Shown here one piece after another: positions 1-13,136 of a stretch of DNA of 64,000 bases (its first letter is position 1; each line of letters begins with the position of its first letter). The DNA lies in NCBI RefSeq assembly GCF_018350175.1, contig NC_058368.1, positions 64,296,001 to 64,360,000 on the forward strand, written 5' to 3'. This stretch comes from Felis catus (Eukaryota). The position numbers and the translations under genes are program-made. The notes under the pieces are model-generated. The model was not told where the DNA came from. It saw only the letters and a list, made by a program, of their open reading frames with translations, and made no database searches.

Positions 1-2045
1 ATCACTTTTACTTCACACGCTCTGTCTGATATTCTTTTCATGATCTCCACATGACAACTCTGAATACATGCCTGAACTCAGCCTATTTTATACCTTACTA
101 CCTTGAAAAGACTAGTCACAAAATCTGTATCCACAGCACCATCTACTTCCAGTGAATTGCAGCAAGCTCAACAAAAATTTGCTTCAATATTTGCTTCAAT
201 AATTCCCCCTCCCCATTTTTCTTTCGGTACAAACATTATAATTCCATCACGGTTTAACATAATTAAACACACCCCATTATTCTACATGCCGAAGTCATTT
301 GCTAATGAGGGGGCAAGGGTTGGGAATGGTGCACAACATTTCAAGCCACCAATAAACTTTTTTGGAGGCTTGGAGCTGAGAGGGTTACGCTATTCTGGCA
401 CATAGAATTTTTACCAAGATCATAACCTAATTATATTTGTGATACAAGTTAGGCTCAATTTTTTTCAGTAGGAATGCTGCAAAGTGAAGCATGTCATAAG
501 TTCTAAGGGTAATAGAAACAATTGCTTCAGTGAGCCTAAAACTGTCGTAACAGCCGCGTTGGAGCAGATGGCTCTGCATTTATTCCAGTCTAGGGACCCA
601 AATTGGCAGTAGTCAAACAAAAATCCTGAAAAGCATGTCAGCAGTTGTGGAAAGAGTTTTTCTTTATTTAAAAAGTTGTTCATTCCATACCATTAAGATT
701 GCAAATTAAACTGGAGATTTCATTTACCTATTAAAGTATTGAACTCATGGCCTACAATTTATTTACATATATATGTGTATTTGTCATATATATAAATTGT
801 GGGTCACAAGTTCGAAACATTATTTACATATATACACACATACACACACAAACACATACACACATGTGTACATAATATATGAATATAGATAATAACAATG
901 CAGTAATTTGTGATCTATACAGTTAATAATTTATAGTTAATGTATAGTAACCTGTTATCTTATGCATTGTAGGTGCAGTATATATATGCAAGTAGTCTTT
1001 GAAATGGGTTAATGCTATATATCAATAGTTGCTAATTCCTGAATTAATATGAGCTAATTTGCATTTTGAATCTATACTACCAGTAGCATAAGGATTTTAA
1101 GGTTTCTTTTTAAACAAACTTGTTTATTCTGTCTTTAAGACAGTGTTCTACCACAGACTACTTGAACTTTACATTAAGCCCAAAATGTGTTCTAGTCAAA
1201 TGACTACACTTGTTGATTAACATCTTTTTATCCTTACTAGTGAGTAATTAATAGTTTCTCCCGAAGCACAATGAAACAAATTTGGCATTTCAGGGCCAAG
1301 ATTCCTAATCTAGCTCTGGAGAAAAAGAAAAGCATCTACATGTTCTCCACCATTTAAAAAAAGTTAATAAAAAAAGAAAGAAAGGATACTACCTTTTCTA
1401 TAATACCATAGAAATAGAACTGTTCTCAAATGAGTTTGGCTCCTTTGTTCTCTTTTACAGAGGACACAGCTAAAGGCAGATGCCTAAAGAGAAGGATTTT
1501 CTCATGATTTTGCCTTTTCAGGGTATTTACTTGAGTGTGAGCTTATCCATTAAATGTGTCCAAATGTTGAGTCTAGAAGCTTGTCTCCAACCTGACTGAT
1601 CCATCATGATCTGCCTATCCACATTATTAGATCGCTTAAAAAACATCTATAATTCTCTTTTATCACAGTATTTACTCATAGTTTTGCAGAATATTTATTA
1701 CTAGCTAAAGAATAGATTTTTCCTACTATAGTGTAATGTTGATAAATCTAGTATCCAAGAAATATTCAGAGCCTAGTATTTATTTCTTCAGATTGATTAT
1801 ATGCTCTTAAACATTTTACTCTGATGATTTACATGACCGTAGTACTTTTTCTTCTGGCCCATGGGAAGATTGAATTTTTATAGCAAATTAATATGTATAC
1901 AGATTAAACAAATAAATGTTAAAGTTTGAAACCTTAAAGGGAAAATAAAAAATTATAAGTGAATTATCTAAATTTTAGGTGCAGAAAGATATTACAAGAC
2001 TAAATTTAAACAAAATATAATAAATATATTTTATTACAGTTTTTA

Positions 2046-2475
2046 AAAATATTTAATTATTATTTTTTATTTTTGAATGTTTGTTTTTGAGAGAGACAGA
2101 TAGAGTGTGAAGGGAGGTGCAGAGAGAGAAGGAGACAGAATCTGAAGCAGACTCCAGGCTCTAAGCTGTCAGCACAGAGCCTGACGTGGCGCTTGAACCC
2201 ACGAGCCGTGAGATCATGACCTGAGCTGAAGTCAGACACTCAATCGACTGAGTCACCCAGGTGCCCTATAAAATATTTACTTATTTTAAGAGAAAGAGCA
2301 AGAGAGCACACAAGCAGGGGAGGGGCAGAGAGAGAGGGAGAGAGAGAATCCCAAGCAGGCTCCACACTGTCAGCAACAGAGCCCGGTGAGGGGCTTGAAC
2401 TCACTGACCGTTAGATCATGACCTGAACTAAAGTCAAGAGCTGGACACTGAACTGATTGAACACCCAGGCGCCCC
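2046..2475 (-). mobile_element. Can-SINE (SINEC), outer element, interrupted by a nested SINE
   Basis: Reverse head cacccaggcgcccc ends at 2475; GA tract; exact 15-bp TSD ttattacagttttta at 2031-2045 and 2476-2490. Confidence 0.93.
2056..2266 (-). mobile_element. Can-SINE nested in the A-tail of the previous SINE
   Basis: Complete reverse SINEC body; flanked by aaaatattta on both sides (~2046 and ~2270). Confidence 0.92.
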
Positions 2476-5225
2476 TTATTACAGTTTTTATATAGGCAAA
2501 CAAATATAAATATGGCCTTAGATTTGAATCAAAAGCCATGTTTTTACTGATTCCATATTCTCTGAATTGAGGTCACCTAAACTTCTCTAACGAATATGTC
2601 CAAATGTGCATCATGTCTCAGATACATTAGAGGCTTATTTTTCAGTGTCCAAGGCAGATCTTCATAGTTGGCAGTTGGCTTTTCTCCATGTGGTAATTCA
2701 GGACACCTTGCTTATGCATGAAGACAAGAGGTTTGGTTGAGAAAGAAAGCCCCATCCTTAACCTGATCTTTGCAGCAAGGTTAAATCCCTTTTGATTAAT
2801 ACTAAAATCTAAAATGGCTTATTTTTTTTTGTCTCATCTTCAACGGTTAGCTTGTAGCACAGGAAATTATGTAACCTGTAAAATTCTATTTTAAGTTATG
2901 GGAAAATAGTAATTAGTAAAACTAAAAAACAAGTAAAATCACTGCATCAATAATTTGAGTCTAATTTTCTCTTTATGTGTGTGTGTGTACTTATACGAAT
3001 AAAGAGAAGTAAATTCACTAAATATTACCAGTGGTTATCTTTTAGGTATTATGATTTCAAATGATTTTATTTTTTCTTATCTCTATTTTCTAATTGTTCA
3101 CAATGAACAGGTAGGTATTCCTTTTATAATGAGAACAAAAGTGCATGTAAAATACTATCTTCCTTCAGCTATTACCACTATATGTGAATTATCTTAAACT
3201 CATGACCTGACAGAATATCACTTGTCAAACACATCAGTTCATCCCTGCTTTACCACAGATAGCCTCGCTGTGTGTTTTTACTCTTTGCTAATCATTCATA
3301 GTAACTAATTAGCTTTTAAAGTTTTCTTAAGTGTCCTGGTCAGAGGGGAAAAAAATTAAAAGTATCGACAAGCTACCACTGAGATGAACTTTAAAAAAAA
3401 TGTTAGTAATAAGACCCTCAGCACACAGTTTCTTGTTACTGTATTAAGCTAAACTTAGACCAAGTACCACAACTTGTAATTTATTCTTAGAAAGTATTTT
3501 GTGTTTGGGGAAAGTCTGGCTAATGAATGAATTCAGTCAAGCAAACAAAAAATAAATACAATTTCCCTCTTGATGTGCTAGATAATTAATGTTTTTGAAT
3601 ACACGGATCATTGCTATGTACTATGCTGAGTACCACAAAAGATTTTTTACTTAATATAGTACAATTTTGCCAAAGTAATTTTTTAAGTATCAATGTATAA
3701 AATTTATATATGTATATGTGTAAGCAATGAGGAAATGTGTATCACCAAGATTTTAAAGATAGAATTTTTCTTTTTTATATAAAGCCCTAAAAATTACTTA
3801 CTCAGGAAATTGCAATTAGAAGACTTACTAGAGGTGGGAGGTCAGATCCCCTGATCCATTCCAAAGCTTGATACCTGTTTATTTGTATCCCATTGTTTCT
3901 CCAAACTATGAACTTGTTTTATGTGTGTATAGAGGAAGGCAAAATGGTGAAAATGAATTCAATATGGTTCTTATCTAGTCAAGGGATCAAATTAAAATAG
4001 AAAGATGTTATCCTACATTAAACACAATGTGCAATAATGACGTAGATAGAACACTTGGGGAATAGGGAATATTTGGGGTAGATTTGTACTGAGAATCAGA
4101 GGGTAGACTTGAAGTTATCAAGATAAGTTTGTGCTTGTGAGGGATGGGAGTTTTGAGAACTTGGTTGAGAAATAGCTAGTAGGTATTTTCACAAAGCTAG
4201 TAGGTAAGTCATTTAACATTTCAGGTATTTTGCTACAGACTCGGGGGCTAAATAATCCAAAAGAAGTATGCTATATAATTAGTTTGGAAATAGGTTTACC
4301 TCCTTAAGTATAACTTCCTTATATCTATATTGTAATGGTTCTATTCAAACTTTGAGACCAATGGAAGAATATAACCCAATCGGGAATGTAGTTGTTGCCT
4401 AGACATAGCCAAATTGAGAAACTTCCTATATTCGTCTAAAAATCAGATCAGTGATTTTCAAAAGAATGTTCAAAATAGAATCCATTGTTTTCAAATAATA
4501 ATTAAAGAGCAACCCCATTTTAAAATTGATAAATCAATGTTTTGTTAATATCAATTGAATTGCTAAATTTAAAATTTTAATATTTACTTGTAAAGTCATC
4601 TGAGGAGCATGAGTTGATTTAAGTGAATGAAAATGTTTACAATTATAAGTAATGCCAATGTTCTACTTAATATATGTTTTAATTAATAAAATAATCATAT
4701 AGTTTTGGGGGTTTCCCACTATTAAGAAAATCCTGATTACCATGCATAATAGCAAAGGTAAACATTTTGACATTTACTTTTGTGCCCTTAGGGTACTCAT
4801 CATTGAAACAAAGATGGCAGAAGAAAATACGGTTTCAAGCTATAGTGTGCATTCGTGGGGAAAGTAGTTAATGTGTTAATGTTTATTTTATGGTACATAT
4901 AAGTGTACTTTGTTTTTATTACAATTTTAATGTAGGCAGAATTGGTTTATTGAACAGAGTAGAACTGGTGGAGTGTAAGCAAATATCAACTTTGTTTGTC
5001 TTACCGGTTGACGTAAGCAGTTCTTTTCTGCAGGCTACATATGGCTGTCTTAGCTTCTGATCAGATATCGTATACTCTTCAAGTACAAGCAAGATCTCTT
5101 GTGTGGAACCCTTGTAGGAAGACCCGAAACCCACTCTCTGCAGGGTCCACATCTCATTTTGGAAGACATGTTTTTGCCCATCAGGAAGACTGAAGAATCT
5201 TCTTTTTACCCTGGCCTTCTATGAT

Positions 5226-5524
5226 ACCGGCCACATCCTACTGAGCACCTCAAATGTGTCCAGTCCAAACTGAGATAAAGTCTACAGGTGTAAAATACAC
5301 ATCAGATTGTATAAACTTACAATGGAAAAATAATGTAAAATACTGTACCTCGTTAATAATTATTATGTGTTAAAATGGCAATGTTTTTAATATAGTGGTT
5401 AAAATGAAATGTATTTTAAAACATTCATCTGTTCTTTAATTTTTTTTAAGAATTTGACTACATTTGACTACAGAAAATTTTAAATTACGTAGTACTTTGC
5501 ATTATATTTCCATTGTACAGTGCT
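5226..5524 (-). mobile_element. MER33-like hAT-Charlie non-autonomous DNA transposon
   Basis: ggccacat...ctgagcacctcaaatgtg...tgtaaaatacac...aaaattttaaattac...cattatatttccattgtacagtgct matches the reverse of the MER33/MER3 consensus as recalled. Confidence 0.8.
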
Positions 5525-5616
5525 CTACTCTTTAGACTTCTGGGGGTCTGGCAGTTCTCTATTTGAAACTTGAAGACAGAAAATATGCAACACCAAAGAT
5601 AGCATTCCATTCTTTG

Positions 5617-5843
5617 TTTTTTTTTAAAAAAATTTTTTTTCAACGTTTATTTATTTTTGGGACAGAGAGAGACAGAGCATGAACGGGGGAGGGGCAGAGA
5701 GAGAGGGAGACACAGAATCGGAAACAGGCTCCAGGCTCTGAGCCATCAGCCCAGAGCCTGACGCGGGGCTCCAACTCCCGGACCGCGAGATCGTGACCTG
5801 GCTGAAGTTGGACGCTTAACCGACTGCGCCACCCAGGCGCCCC
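5617..5843 (-). mobile_element. Young felid Can-SINE (SINEC_Fc-type)
   Basis: Near-consensus, CpG-rich; exact 16-bp TSD agcattccattctttg at 5601-5616 and 5844-5859. Confidence 0.97.
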
Positions 5844-6665
5844 AGCATTCCATTCTTTGAAAACATTTGGGTCACTTTTCCTTGGCTGGGTTCTGGTTCT
5901 AACCTGTCCTCTATCTTGATATAAAATTAGGTGTATCCCTTTCTCTAGACATCATTTACTTCTCTATAAAATGAGAAGTTTTAAGAACCTCTTTTGCTTT
6001 CTTTTTTTTTAATGTTTAAAATATAAACTATGAAATATTTCAAATATACACAAAAAGCACGGAAAATAATTTAATACCCTGATTGAGGTAAATAGGGCTT
6101 TTTTTTTCTTTCAATGTTGCTTTCTCTCTCTGTGGCTTTTTAAGAAGTAAAATCAGTAAAGACAGCTAAAGATCTACTTCTTACCACTCACATCCTTATT
6201 CTCATAGAAGTAGCCTCTAACCTTGTGGGGTTGTACATCATCCCCATGATGGTGATGTTTTCCGCAGCATATAACAAGTTTTACTGAATCATACCAAATA
6301 TCTAAACTTAATTTTGTTTCAGTATTTACATATTGTTATCAATATTTATATATTTTTTTCAGCACTATGTTTTTGTTACTTATTCACGTCAGTATATATA
6401 GAATCATTTATTTCAGCTTCCCTGTAGTATTAAAGTGTTCAAATAAACTAGAATGTTCCCCATTCTTCCCATATTGTTCCTTTTATAAATAACTCACGGA
6501 ATTTCCTTGAACGTATTCCTTTTTGGATATATGTCATAGTAAGTTGAAGGTAGATGATAGAGGGTGAAATTTTCTTTGCTATGTATTTCTTAATTACCCT
6601 CTGGGGTGCCTATGCTGATTTACACTTCTACCAGGAGCAGATATTTGCATATCTTTGCTCTTATT

Positions 6666-6719
6666 TAATATAATATAATATAATATAATATAATATAATA
6701 TAATATAATATAATATAAT
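6666..6719. repeat. (TAATA)n pentanucleotide microsatellite
   Basis: About 11 perfect units. Confidence 0.97.
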
Positions 6720-7041
6720 TAATTGTTGCTAAAATGGACTAAAATGTGTTTTAAAAATGTCTTATTTTAATTTGCATCTTTCAAAGTAATATTGAAGTTG
6801 AGCATCTTCTCATAAGTTTATTCATGTTTTTGTCCTGTTTTCCATGTATTCTTCATTGTTTCTATGAATTTTTATAACTTACTATATATTGTGGATACTA
6901 TTTCTTGGTGAATTATATGGTTTGACTCTACTCCCCATCAGAGGCATATCTTTTTATCTTTTTTAAAAAGAGAAAAAGTGGGATTTTTAGGCACAAATTT
7001 TTAGTTTGAGTTTAAATGTATTAATCATTTCTTCCATGGCA

Positions 7042-7044
<3 letters not shown>

Positions 7045-7086
<42 letters not shown>

Positions 7087-7196
7087 AATATTTCAAATAC
7101 ACACTTATATATGATAAGCCTGTGTGTGTGGGGGTGTGTGTGTGTGTGGGGGGGGTGTATATATATATATATATATATATACTTACATATGCATAT

Positions 7197-7232
<36 letters not shown>
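7045..7232. repeat. Compound (TA)n/(TG)n microsatellite
   Basis: Directly visible; source of spurious YI-rich ORFs. Confidence 0.95.
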
Positions 7233-7559
7233 GGTCATTATTAGAGTTTCAATATTTTTCCTTTTCCATACAGATATTCATAGTCTTGGCACCATCCATA
7301 AATCAATCTGTTATTTTCTTTCAGACTTCTAGTGTGTCATTTATTATATGTTAGGCTCATATAAGTGAACGTTTTTCTTTAGTCTGACCATTTAACTTTG
7401 TACCAATGTCACTGATTTAATGATTATAGTGCTTTAGAATGATATATAATAGGGTTCATCCCCTATTCTTATTTTTTAAATATTATCCGCAATTTTGGAT
7501 AATATATATGAATTTTAAGATTAAAATCTCTGAAAATGCTCTCAGAAATGTTATTTATA

Positions 7560-7735
7560 GGGCACCTGGGTGGCTCTGTAGATTAAGCCTCTGACTCTCG
7601 GTTTCAGCTCAAGTCACGATCTCACAGTTTGTGAGTTCCAGCACATGACAATGTGGAGCCTGCTTGAGATTCTGTCTCCCTCTCTCTGTTCCTCCCCTGC
7701 TCACTCCAAATAAATAAATAAACAACAAGAAAAAT
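7560..7735 (+). mobile_element. Can-SINE (older, diverged)
   Basis: gggcacctgggtggctc head, CT tract, aaataaataaa tail. Confidence 0.9.
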
Positions 7736-7855
7736 AAACTTTATTTGTATTGCAATAAATTTGCAGATTGAGGAGTGATACACTGCTTTTAATATTAATT
7801 CAACATAAATTATGATATATCTCTCCACTTAACTTAGATCTAATGGTATGGTTTT

Positions 7856-8081
7856 TTTTTTTTTTAATTTTTTTTTCAATGTTTATTTATTTTTGAGAGA
7901 CAGGGAGAGACAATGTGAATAGGGAAGGGGCAGAGAGAGAGAGGGAGACACAGAATTCAAAGCAGGCTCCAGGCTCTGAGCTGTCAGCAGAGAGCCTGAC
8001 GCAGGGCTCCAACCCACGAACCGTGAGATCATGACCTGGGCTGAAGTCGGACGCCCAACTGACTGAGCCACCCAGGCGCCC
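7856..8081 (-). mobile_element. Can-SINE
   Basis: Full reverse body; TSD ctaatggtatggtttt at 7840-7855 and 8081-8096. Confidence 0.96.
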
Positions 8082-8477
8082 TAATGGTATGGTTTTCAAT
8101 GGAGTTTATGATATCCTTTATAAATGTCAGGGTTGTACTTTGCTATTTGTTTATAAGTACCTTAGGATTTTAGTCATTATGATAACTGTCAGTTTTTAAA
8201 AAATCACACGATACATCCTAGGCAATTTCCTTATATATATCACTCAGTTTACTAATTTTCTCTTTCATCTTATCTAATATGATGTCTTAATCCAACCACT
8301 GACACTATTAATTTAAATTATATATTTTTAACATCATTTGTAAAAGTTCAATTTTATTCACTGCAAACAAAACTGTATTTTTTTTTCACATTTCCATTCT
8401 GTCATCTCAAATTTGTGTAGCTCTAATCTTGTTTTTTATTTTGTGTACTGTTTGTATTTTGGTGTATTATTTTTATT

Positions 8478-8712
8478 TTTTTTTATTTTTATTTTTTTAA
8501 TTTTTTTTTCAACGTTTATTTATTTTTGGGACAGAGAGAGACAGAGCATGAACGGGGGAGGGGCAGAGAGAGAGGGAGACACAGAATCGGAAACAGGCTC
8601 CAGGCTCTGAGCCATCAGCCCAGAGCCTGACGCGGGGCTCGAACTCACGGACCGCGAGATCGTGACCTGGCTGAAGTCGGACGCTTAACCGACTGCGCCA
8701 CCCAGGCACCCC
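8478..8712 (-). mobile_element. Young felid Can-SINE (SINEC_Fc-type)
   Basis: Near-identical to 5617-5843; TSD ggtgtattatttttatt at 8461-8477 and 8713-8729. Confidence 0.97.
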
Positions 8713-9310
8713 GGTGTATTATTTTTATTACAAACTTTGTTTTGTTTTGTTTTATTGAGAATGTTTTTAGTATGAGACCACACATGATGATTGTATTAGC
8801 TCATTTCAGAACTCCATACGAAACCTCTCATTTTGTTACATCTATACATGTAACATAAAATTGAACATCAAAACTGCATTAGTTGAGGACTTAAGCTCCT
8901 TTGCCATGTCAGGAAAAAATTACTTTTTCCAGACCCTAGGAGAATATAATTTTTTTTTTTTAATTTTTACATGGGCCATTGGGTGGATTTTTTAAAGACC
9001 AGTCTTTGCAAATGCAGCCCCCTGAGGGTCCTAACTTTGTGGAATACTCTCATTTTCCACATTTTGCTTTCTCCTCAGCTCCTCAGACAGCTTTAGCATC
9101 TGTCTTTGCATTAAAATTGAGCCGTTAAATAACTAAGAGCAATCCTCTACCCTTGTCCTCACCACCCAAGGCATTCCCCAATGATAGACTGAACATTTGT
9201 TATCCCAGATTTAAATTCCTCCTTCTTTTAGGAAAACTAAGGATTCTTTCTTGTTGTTCTTGTTGTTGTTGTTGAAAATTCAGCGAGGCATTAAAAATAA
9301 TTTTATTTGT

Positions 9311-9522
9311 GGGGCGCCTGAGTGGCTCAGTTGGTTAAGCATCCTATTTCAGCTCAGGTCGTGATCTCACGGTTAATGAGTTCAAGCCCTGTGTCAGGCT
9401 CTGTGCTGACTGCTCAGAGCCTGAAGCCTGCTTCGGATTCTGTCTCCCTCTCTCTCTGCCCCTCCCCCACTCATGCTCTGTCTCTGTCTCAAAAATACAT
9501 ATAAACATTACAAAAATTTAAA
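9311..9522 (+). mobile_element. Can-SINE
   Basis: ggggcgcctg head, A/B-box region, CT tract, A-rich tail. Confidence 0.94.
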
Positions 9523-9847
9523 GATTTTCATTTGTTTTATTTTTACTTAACATAGTTAGGTGTGTCTAGTAGGAGAGCTTTTAAATCACTTTAGTGCATT
9601 ATTATTATAAGAGGGTGTCTGTGATTTATAAGGTGCCTTCAAATTCTGAAGTTGATGTCTTCATTTATTCTTTTCCTAGTAATTAATGTGAAACTTGAAA
9701 CACAATGATTTTAATGCAGTAAAACAATGACCACCAGAGCTAAACAAAATTTTACAAAGCCAAGTCTCTTAATGTGTCAGGCAAGGAACACACCAATGAA
9801 GAAATTCACTAAGTAAATTGCTAATGGGGGAAAAGTCAGGGATTTTT

Positions 9848-10055
9848 TTTAACATTTATTTATTTTTGAGACAGAGAGAGACAGAGCATGAACGGGGGAG
9901 GGCCAGAGAGAGAGAGGGAGACACAGAATCTGAAACAGGCTCCAGGCTCTGAGCGGTCAGCCCAGAGCCTGACGCGGGGCTCGTACTCACAAACCGCGAG
10001 ATCATGACCTGAGCCTAAGTCAGACGCTTAACCGACTGAGCCACCCAGGCGCCCC
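9848..10055 (-). mobile_element. Can-SINE
   Basis: Full reverse body; gggattttt repeated at both flanks. Confidence 0.95.
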
Positions 10056-10632
10056 ATGGGATTTTTAAATGTCAAAAAAAAAAAAACACAAAAAAGAGTT
10101 CATGGTAATTTTGTAAATTGAGTATTAGAAACTTGTGATAGGATAGATGAGTTCATAGATCTACACACAGTTGGTTATACCAAGTCCTAATGTTCATTGG
10201 CTAGAAAACAGTCCTTAGTTTGATATAGCAGGTGTCTGACTGGATAGGTTCACTCAATGCTCAGGAACCTTTATTAGCTTCAGTTGGCCCCAGCTCTGGT
10301 GGGATAAAACACAGTATTCAATTTTGTTATCCATGTAGTGTGTTGAAATTTTTTCTTTCAAGTTGGTAATGTGTGTGAAAGTGAACACAATGATTTTTAT
10401 CCCCAACATTGTATAGGAATAGGTACCACCTACCAGATCTGTAGCTCAAAATAATTAGTATCAATTCTCTTAAATTTAGTAAGATGTATTTTCACAGTCT
10501 TGTGAACAAGTAGGGGCAATGCCTGCGTACTGCAGTGAAAGAAACAAAATGGTTACCTTATTGTTTATAAAAAGTATATTTAGGGAGTCTTCAAAAATAA
10601 ATGCCACTTCTCACCCCAGTAATAAGAAATGT

Positions 10633-10844
10633 TTTTTTTTTAATGTTTATTTTTGAGAGAGGGAGAGACAGACAGAGTGTGAGCAGGGGAGGAGCAGAAA
10701 GAGAGGGAGACACAGACTCTTAGGCAGGCTCCAGGCTCTAAGCTGTCAGCACAGAGCCCAACATGGAGCTCTAACCCATGAACTGCAAGATCATGACATG
10801 AGCCAAAGTCAGACACTTCACTGACTGAGCCACCCACGTGCCCC
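10633..10844 (-). mobile_element. Can-SINE
   Basis: Full reverse body; agaaatgt at both flanks. Confidence 0.94.
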
Positions 10845-11999
10845 AGAAATGTGTTATTTTTCCCCTTCACAGAGCTAGGTCTCTTTAGACCTAGGTGAGT
10901 TTATCAAATTGGCAAATGATCTGATGATTTTGGTTTAATTAAATAAATTTTACTCAAATTAAAAAGTAAAACAAAACATAAAATAGTGTAGTTCTAAGTT
11001 AACCCAACATTTTTAAGGTTGAGAAATTGTTCTGTATCATTGCCAATTAGCTTATGCTACTATGTTGTAGCCACATTAGGCTATGCTGGTTGATTACCAA
11101 AGTAAATGGTTTAATACAAATGATAAGACACAAATATTACTAGGTCCTCAATGAACTTTGGAAAGGAATAAATAAAGCAAGCGCTGTATTATTTTTACAG
11201 TGATATTTTTCAGTTAAAAATATATGAAAAAAATATATATGAAAACCGTATGCTAGTAGTGATTCAATTAATGAAAAATATTCAAAGAGAAAATATAATA
11301 ACACAACTCTGAACACTAATGAAATATTAACGTAAGGTTAAATGTAAGCATAGTATAATCAGATACTACTGAAAAAGGGTCTCAAAGGAAACTGTGTTTC
11401 AAAAACCCAGATCCTAAGAGAGTTCCTTCTGAAGACAATATAGCCAAAAAACTGACCTTTTAAAGAAAATCATTCTGGTGGCAATTATCTTCTGAATGTT
11501 TTATAGATCTTTTGTAGTTTGCAATCATTTTAAATCAAGACATTGTGAATGTGGATCCCTAATAAGTGCTTTGATATTTTTGGCACCTAAGCTGTGAAAT
11601 TTGGTAAAGAACCTTAATAGTATCTGTATATTCAAAGAATTATTGTCACTACCATTCCATGTAGTATAATACCCTGGGACTGCAAGGAAAATCTGAGTTA
11701 GGATTCATGTGAAAATTTTATCAATCTATCTATCTAAACCTTTTAGTAGCAATTGTAGATACCTATATAATATCTCATACATAATATATATGTAAAATGA
11801 GTAAATGTTATGGAAATGTACATTATATAATATCCAGGTTTCTATAATCACATACAGTATATTTGCTAATAGTTAACTGGTTGACTATTTTTGGCATGAG
11901 GAAGTGAACATGAATGCTTGGGAAAAAAGCAAATTAAACCTTTTGTCTCTTATGTAGAACAATGTTTAGATATTCAGGGAATTGAGGGAAGTGCTTGTA

Positions 12000-12190
12000 G
12001 AAAACTCATAATTGGAATTGTCCTGCATTTGAATTCTGCATCACTACTCCCTGCATCGTCTAGGACAGGAAACTTGCCTAGTTTGCCTCTCAATTCCCTC
12101 ATCTAGAATCAAGTTCTTCATTGGTTATTATGAGAATGGAATGAAGTAATGTCTATATAAGCATGTTTTAGTGGAAAATCATTATGCACC
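12000..12190 (+). mobile_element. MIR remnant
   Basis: ttgaattctgc...cctctcaattccctcatct...ggttattatgagaatggaatgaagtaatgt resembles the MIR core and 3' part. Confidence 0.6.
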
Positions 12191-12374
12191 TGTTGTATAA
12201 ACTTGAACTTCTGAAACTGTCCTCTCCATATGCATGAAAATTCTCCATGTAATCCATATTTACATGCAGAAATCAACCCCCTCCCATTTAAAGTAACACA
12301 TGCAACTTAAAAATATAATGCAGTAGGCGCCAATGTTTGTCTTGAGAGTTATATTTCTTTGCCCTGTACATGTT

Positions 12375-12588
12375 TTAAAAATTTTAATAAATGTTTATTT
12401 ATCTATTTCTGAGAGAGATAGAGAGTGCATGAGCAGGGGAGGGCCAGAGAGAGAGAATCCCAAGTAGGCTCCATCTATACTGTCAGCATGGAGCCCAATT
12501 CAAGGCTTCAACTCACAAACCATGAGATCATGACTTGAGCCAAAATCAAGAGCTGGAGGCTTAACTGACCAAGCCATCCAGGCGCCCC
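12375..12588 (-). mobile_element. Can-SINE
   Basis: Reverse body ending ggcgcccc; degenerate TSD ccctgt(a/g)cat. Confidence 0.93.
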
Positions 12589-12621
12589 TTCCCTGTGCAT
12601 TTTTAAAAATAAATTACTCAT

Positions 12622-12835
12622 GGGGCACCTGGGTGGCTTGGTTGGTTAACTGACTGCCTTTAGTTCCGGTCAGGTCATAATCTCCCAGTTTGTGAATTCA
12701 AGCCCCACATTGGGCTCTGTGCTGACAGCTCAGAGCTTGGAGCCTGCTCTGGATTCTGTGTCTCCCTTTCTCTCTGCCCTTCCCTCACTCACACTTTGTC
12801 TCTCAAAAAATAAATAAATATTTAAAAAAATTGTT
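12622..12835 (+). mobile_element. Can-SINE
   Basis: ggggcacctgggtgg head; exact TSD aaataaattactcat at 12607-12621 and 12836-12850. Confidence 0.95.
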
Positions 12836-13117
12836 AAATAAATTACTCATTTGCTATCTTAACCTATGAAGTTGCTAAGGCTTGTTGAGTTTGCCATAGT
12901 GATTGCTTCCTACTGAAAGAAAACTCAGAAATACTTTTAAGTAAACCATACATCAAACCATGTTCTCAGTGGACTCAATTACAACACTTTGCACCATTAT
13001 AATAAAGTAAATGAAGCACATGCTTAATACCATTTATTTTTCATACTACATACATGTCCACAATTGGATTCCAATGTTCCAGGTTAACTCTCTAGACAAA
13101 GAAAAGCGATCCCCCTA

Positions 13118-13136
13118 CCTACCAGATGGTGGCACT
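13118..13136 (+). promoter_or_regulatory. CTCF-like motif (candidate only)
   Basis: cctaccagatggtggcact resembles the CCACCAGATGGCG core with two mismatches; no functional data. Confidence 0.25.

Larger units (their letters stand above)
6005..8760 (-). mobile_element. Ancient L1 (L1ME/L1MC-like) 3' portion, heavily diverged, interrupted by SINEs and microsatellites
   Basis: Antisense L1 hallmarks: tgaaatatttcaaatatacacaaaaag (3' end), tttacacttctaccag, ttttaatttgcatc, gttgagcatctt; boundaries approximate. Confidence 0.65.

Noticed and set aside
103..405. 100-aa + strand ORF
   Set aside because: TTG start, no recognisable domain or splice context; length is compatible with chance.
6987..7354. 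YI/CV-rich ORFs (also 23121-23444, 26087-26380, 57591-57988)
   Set aside because: Translations of TA/TG microsatellites.
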